In this document: piece by piece, positions 60,588 to 64,000 of the stretch
Position numbering within the stretch: the stretch's first letter is position 1
Layout of the letters: each line of letters starts with the position of its first letter
Assembly (NCBI RefSeq): GCF_009914755.1
Contig: NC_060938.1
Strand: one strand, 5' to 3'
DNA length: 64,000 nt
From: the human T2T-CHM13v2.0 reference genome, Homo sapiens
Notes under the pieces: model-generated
The model's database searches: none
What the model saw: only the letters and a program-made list of their open reading frames with translations
Told to the model about the DNA's origin: nothing
Position numbers and translations under genes: made by a program

Positions 60588-60959
60588 TGAATTAGTCTGT
60601 TCCCATGCTGCTATAAGGACATAACCGAGACTGGGTAATTATTTATAAAGGAAAGAGGTTTAATTGACTCAGTTCTGTAGGGCTAGGGAGGCCTCAGGAA
60701 ACTTACAATCATGGTGGAAGGGGAAGCAAACACGTCCTTCTTCACATGGCAGCAGCAAGGAGAAGTGCCAAGCAAAAGGGGGAGAAGCCCCTTATTAAAC
60801 CATCAGATCTCATGAGAACTCACTATCATGTGAACAGCACGGGGGTAACCATCCCCATGATTAAGTTACCTCCCACCAGGTCCCTCCCACGACACGTGGG
60901 GATTATGGGAACTACAATTCAAGATGAGATTTGGGTGGGAACACAGCCACACCATATCA
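60588..60959 (-). mobile_element. THE1C/D-like solo LTR
   Basis: Complete ~370-bp LTR ending ...ACACAGCCACACCATATCA; TSD GGCGG/GGCAG. Confidence 0.93.
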
Positions 60960-61600
60960 GGCAGGCTGGAGCCAGAGGGAAGAGGAGGGGAAGATGGTAT
61001 GAGGAGAGACCACCAGGAGGAAGGAGCTAGGAAAGTGGCTTCTTGCAGACTTCGGAGCAGCCCCTGTATGAATGGTGAAGGTTAAAAGGAAGGAAAATGC
61101 AAGGTCAAAGTCACCTTTTTGAACAGCTTCCTAGCTAAGGCATGACAGCCTGTTTTAACCCACGAAGGGTTCAAAGCATCAAGGGTGCTCAGGTTTAACA
61201 TGGTGTGCAGCGTCTGGGGTATTTCAGGAGCCACCAATGCTGCTCTCCGTCTCTTCCTTTTCATGGTATCCCTGTGCAGGTGACATCTGTGGCACACAGC
61301 ACGAGTTTCCAGGACTGGTTGCTAACACTTGTGTAAACCAAACCCCATTTTTGTCACCTGACTACAAATCTTTGGTAAAGTGATATATCCTTCTTAAAAA
61401 TAAGTGACCACCCTGTGTTCCCATCCTTCCAAGCATCTGTCCACATGCATAATGTTGATGGAATTGTTAGAGTAAAGTATTATAGTCAAAGTCACCATTC
61501 TTAACAGTTTCCCAAAAATTTTAAAGACTTTTTTTTTCTTTTTAGTTCACAGCCTCAAGGCTTCTTGCTGAGCTAAGTGGCTTGAACTTTCTTTTTTCTT

Positions 61601-61899
61601 TTTTTTTTTTTTTTTTTGAGACTTAGTTTCACTTTTGTTGTCCACGCTGGAGTGCAGTGGCGCGATCTTGGCTCACCACAACCTCCACCACGGAGGTTCA
61701 AGTGATTTTTCTGCCTCAGCCTCCTGAGTAGCTGGGATTACAGGTATGTGCCACCGCACCTGGCTAATTTTGTATGTTTAGTAGAGATGGGATTTCTCCA
61801 TGTTGGTCAGGCTGGTCTCAAACTCCAGACCTCAGGTCATCCACCCACCTCATCCTCCCAAAGTGTTGGGATTATAGACATGAGCCACTGCGCCCGGCT
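61601..61899 (-). mobile_element. AluSp-like
   Basis: TTTCTCCATGTTGGTCAG; TSD ACTTTCTTTTTTCTT. Confidence 0.93.
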
Positions 61900-62300
61900 G
61901 GACTTTCTTTTTTCTTCAGCATTTTCTGGGCACCTACTATGTGCAAGGAATAGCCACAACACAGAGCCAGGCTGGACACAGCCCTGGCGATACACAGGGC
62001 CTCGAATGACACCTGCAAAAGAAAATCGGTGCAGCAAGGGCACTACACCGTGCAGCGACATGGGGCATCACCGCTGAGTTTAAACACAGAGAACTGGGCT
62101 GGACGAGAGGCCAGGGGCAGAGGAGGCAGGTGCTGGCTCCTTGTGCTTGTTGAATACATAGATGCAGCGCAAGCTTGTTTTATATATTGGTTATTTAACG
62201 TGGAGCACATCTATACGGAGAAGCCTTTATTTATGCAATAAACAGGAGCAAGAAATCCCAAATGTACCCAATGCAAACAAAGAACAACGAACCAGCTCTT

Positions 62301-62948
<648 letters not shown>

Positions 62949-62968
62949 TTAGAGCTCCCTGGGCGGCA

Positions 62969-62987
62969 CCGCCACCAGGGGGCGCGA
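62969..62987 (+). promoter_or_regulatory. CTCF binding motif, forward orientation
   Basis: GCCACCAGGGGGCGC is an exact match to the CTCF core consensus and retains its CpGs. Confidence 0.85.
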
Positions 62988-63002
62988 GCGGAGCAGGGAT
63001 AC

Positions 63003-63012
63003 GGGAATTCCC
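63003..63012. promoter_or_regulatory. Palindromic NF-kB motif GGGAATTCCC
   Basis: Exact match to GGGRNNYYCC. Confidence 0.55.
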
Positions 63013-64000
63013 AGGGGCGCTCCCCGGGGATAAAGGGAGGGCGTGTGGGTCATTTGGTTTTGACCAGGGTGGACAGGGAGGCTTGGTTTGTACTGCTGGA
63101 GTGGCAGAGGAGGGCTGTGTGGACTTTCTCTGCCATTTCCCACACATGACAGGTTCTAAAACCCCCTTCCTCACCCACACAGCTGCCCCGGCCGTCTGGG
63201 GGCTGTGCTGGCTGTGGGGTGGAGGAAGGGCGGTCCAGTGCGTCCCGACCTCCCTACCAGCGGGCTTTGGCTGCGCTGACTGTTGTTTGCCCCTCTTTAG
63301 ATTCATCTGAGGGATGCTGCCTGGTGGGCGACAAACGGTTTTTAACCCAAGTTGTACTTTGTTGCAAGTTTGCAGAAATTACTTATTTTAAAATGTGCAG
63401 ATTCAATAGTTGAAGCCTGAAGTCTACATAATTGAATGACTAGAATCCTGAGATGATTTAACAAGCGCATATACCCACATTATCCTACTAACTGCACACA
63501 TTATTTGGGCTTAATTTTTCTATTTCCTCTGCTTGTAATCTACTTTCCTTCCAATCAGATACACAGCAATTCTATTCTTCCAGTATCAGCTGTTTTATAA
63601 TCACCACCCTGACAGCAGAACTACATCCTTGTACTCATTTAATAACTATTTATCATCCTCTATCTTCCCATTTTCAAAAAGGAATAATTTAAATGCTCCA
63701 GAAATTGGAAAAAATTGAAATTTGACCTTTATTAACTGGGTTAATTGTCAAAATCTCTGCTTGTAAAAAAAAAATTAATGACCAAAAAGTGTAACTTTTA
63801 GAGTTTCGAAGGTTAGGTTAATGTCCAAGGAAGTATAAACTTTGACCTTTTTGACACATGTCATAAGTAACATCTATCCTAATAAATTGCTACCTGTGAG
63901 CAATTATAACATTTTCCCTGTATCCAATCATGCAATTTAATTGCTGCTGGAAATCCTGGCTTCCTTAGAGATAGCCTGGAGGATTATTTGAAGCCTATGG

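Overview
Primate (most likely human) non-coding genomic DNA, moderately GC-rich, with no credible protein-coding exon, rRNA, tRNA or CRISPR array. About half the window is recognisable interspersed repeat: roughly 30 Alus (J, S and Y types, many with intact target-site duplications), MIR and L2 relics, old L1M and short L1PA 3' fragments, MaLR LTRs (THE1, MLT1) and DNA-transposon relics (MER58A, MER3, MER20, MER2, MADE1). Several of these are nested. There are two large minisatellites. One is a ~42-bp CA-rich VNTR (5.76-7.06 kb, ~31 units) in which most units carry a CATG-N6-CATG p53/p63-type dimer. The other is a 35-bp G-rich VNTR (21.5-22.3 kb, ~24 units) with a TGACCGT-N4-ACGGTCA palindrome at each unit junction. 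Other notable items: a minus-strand CCAAT/GC-box/TATA promoter-like module followed by a 5' splice site (~34.47-34.76 kb); an apparent template-switch footprint between inverted Alus (51.2 and 53.4 kb); a near-perfect CTCF site next to a palindromic NF-kB site (~63.0 kb); and several repeat-free, motif-dense blocks that look like enhancers. The supplied ORFs are explained by repeats or chance. Repeat subfamily calls were made by eye from remembered consensus sequences. I could not identify the locus, and all functional claims are inferences that need the checks listed.
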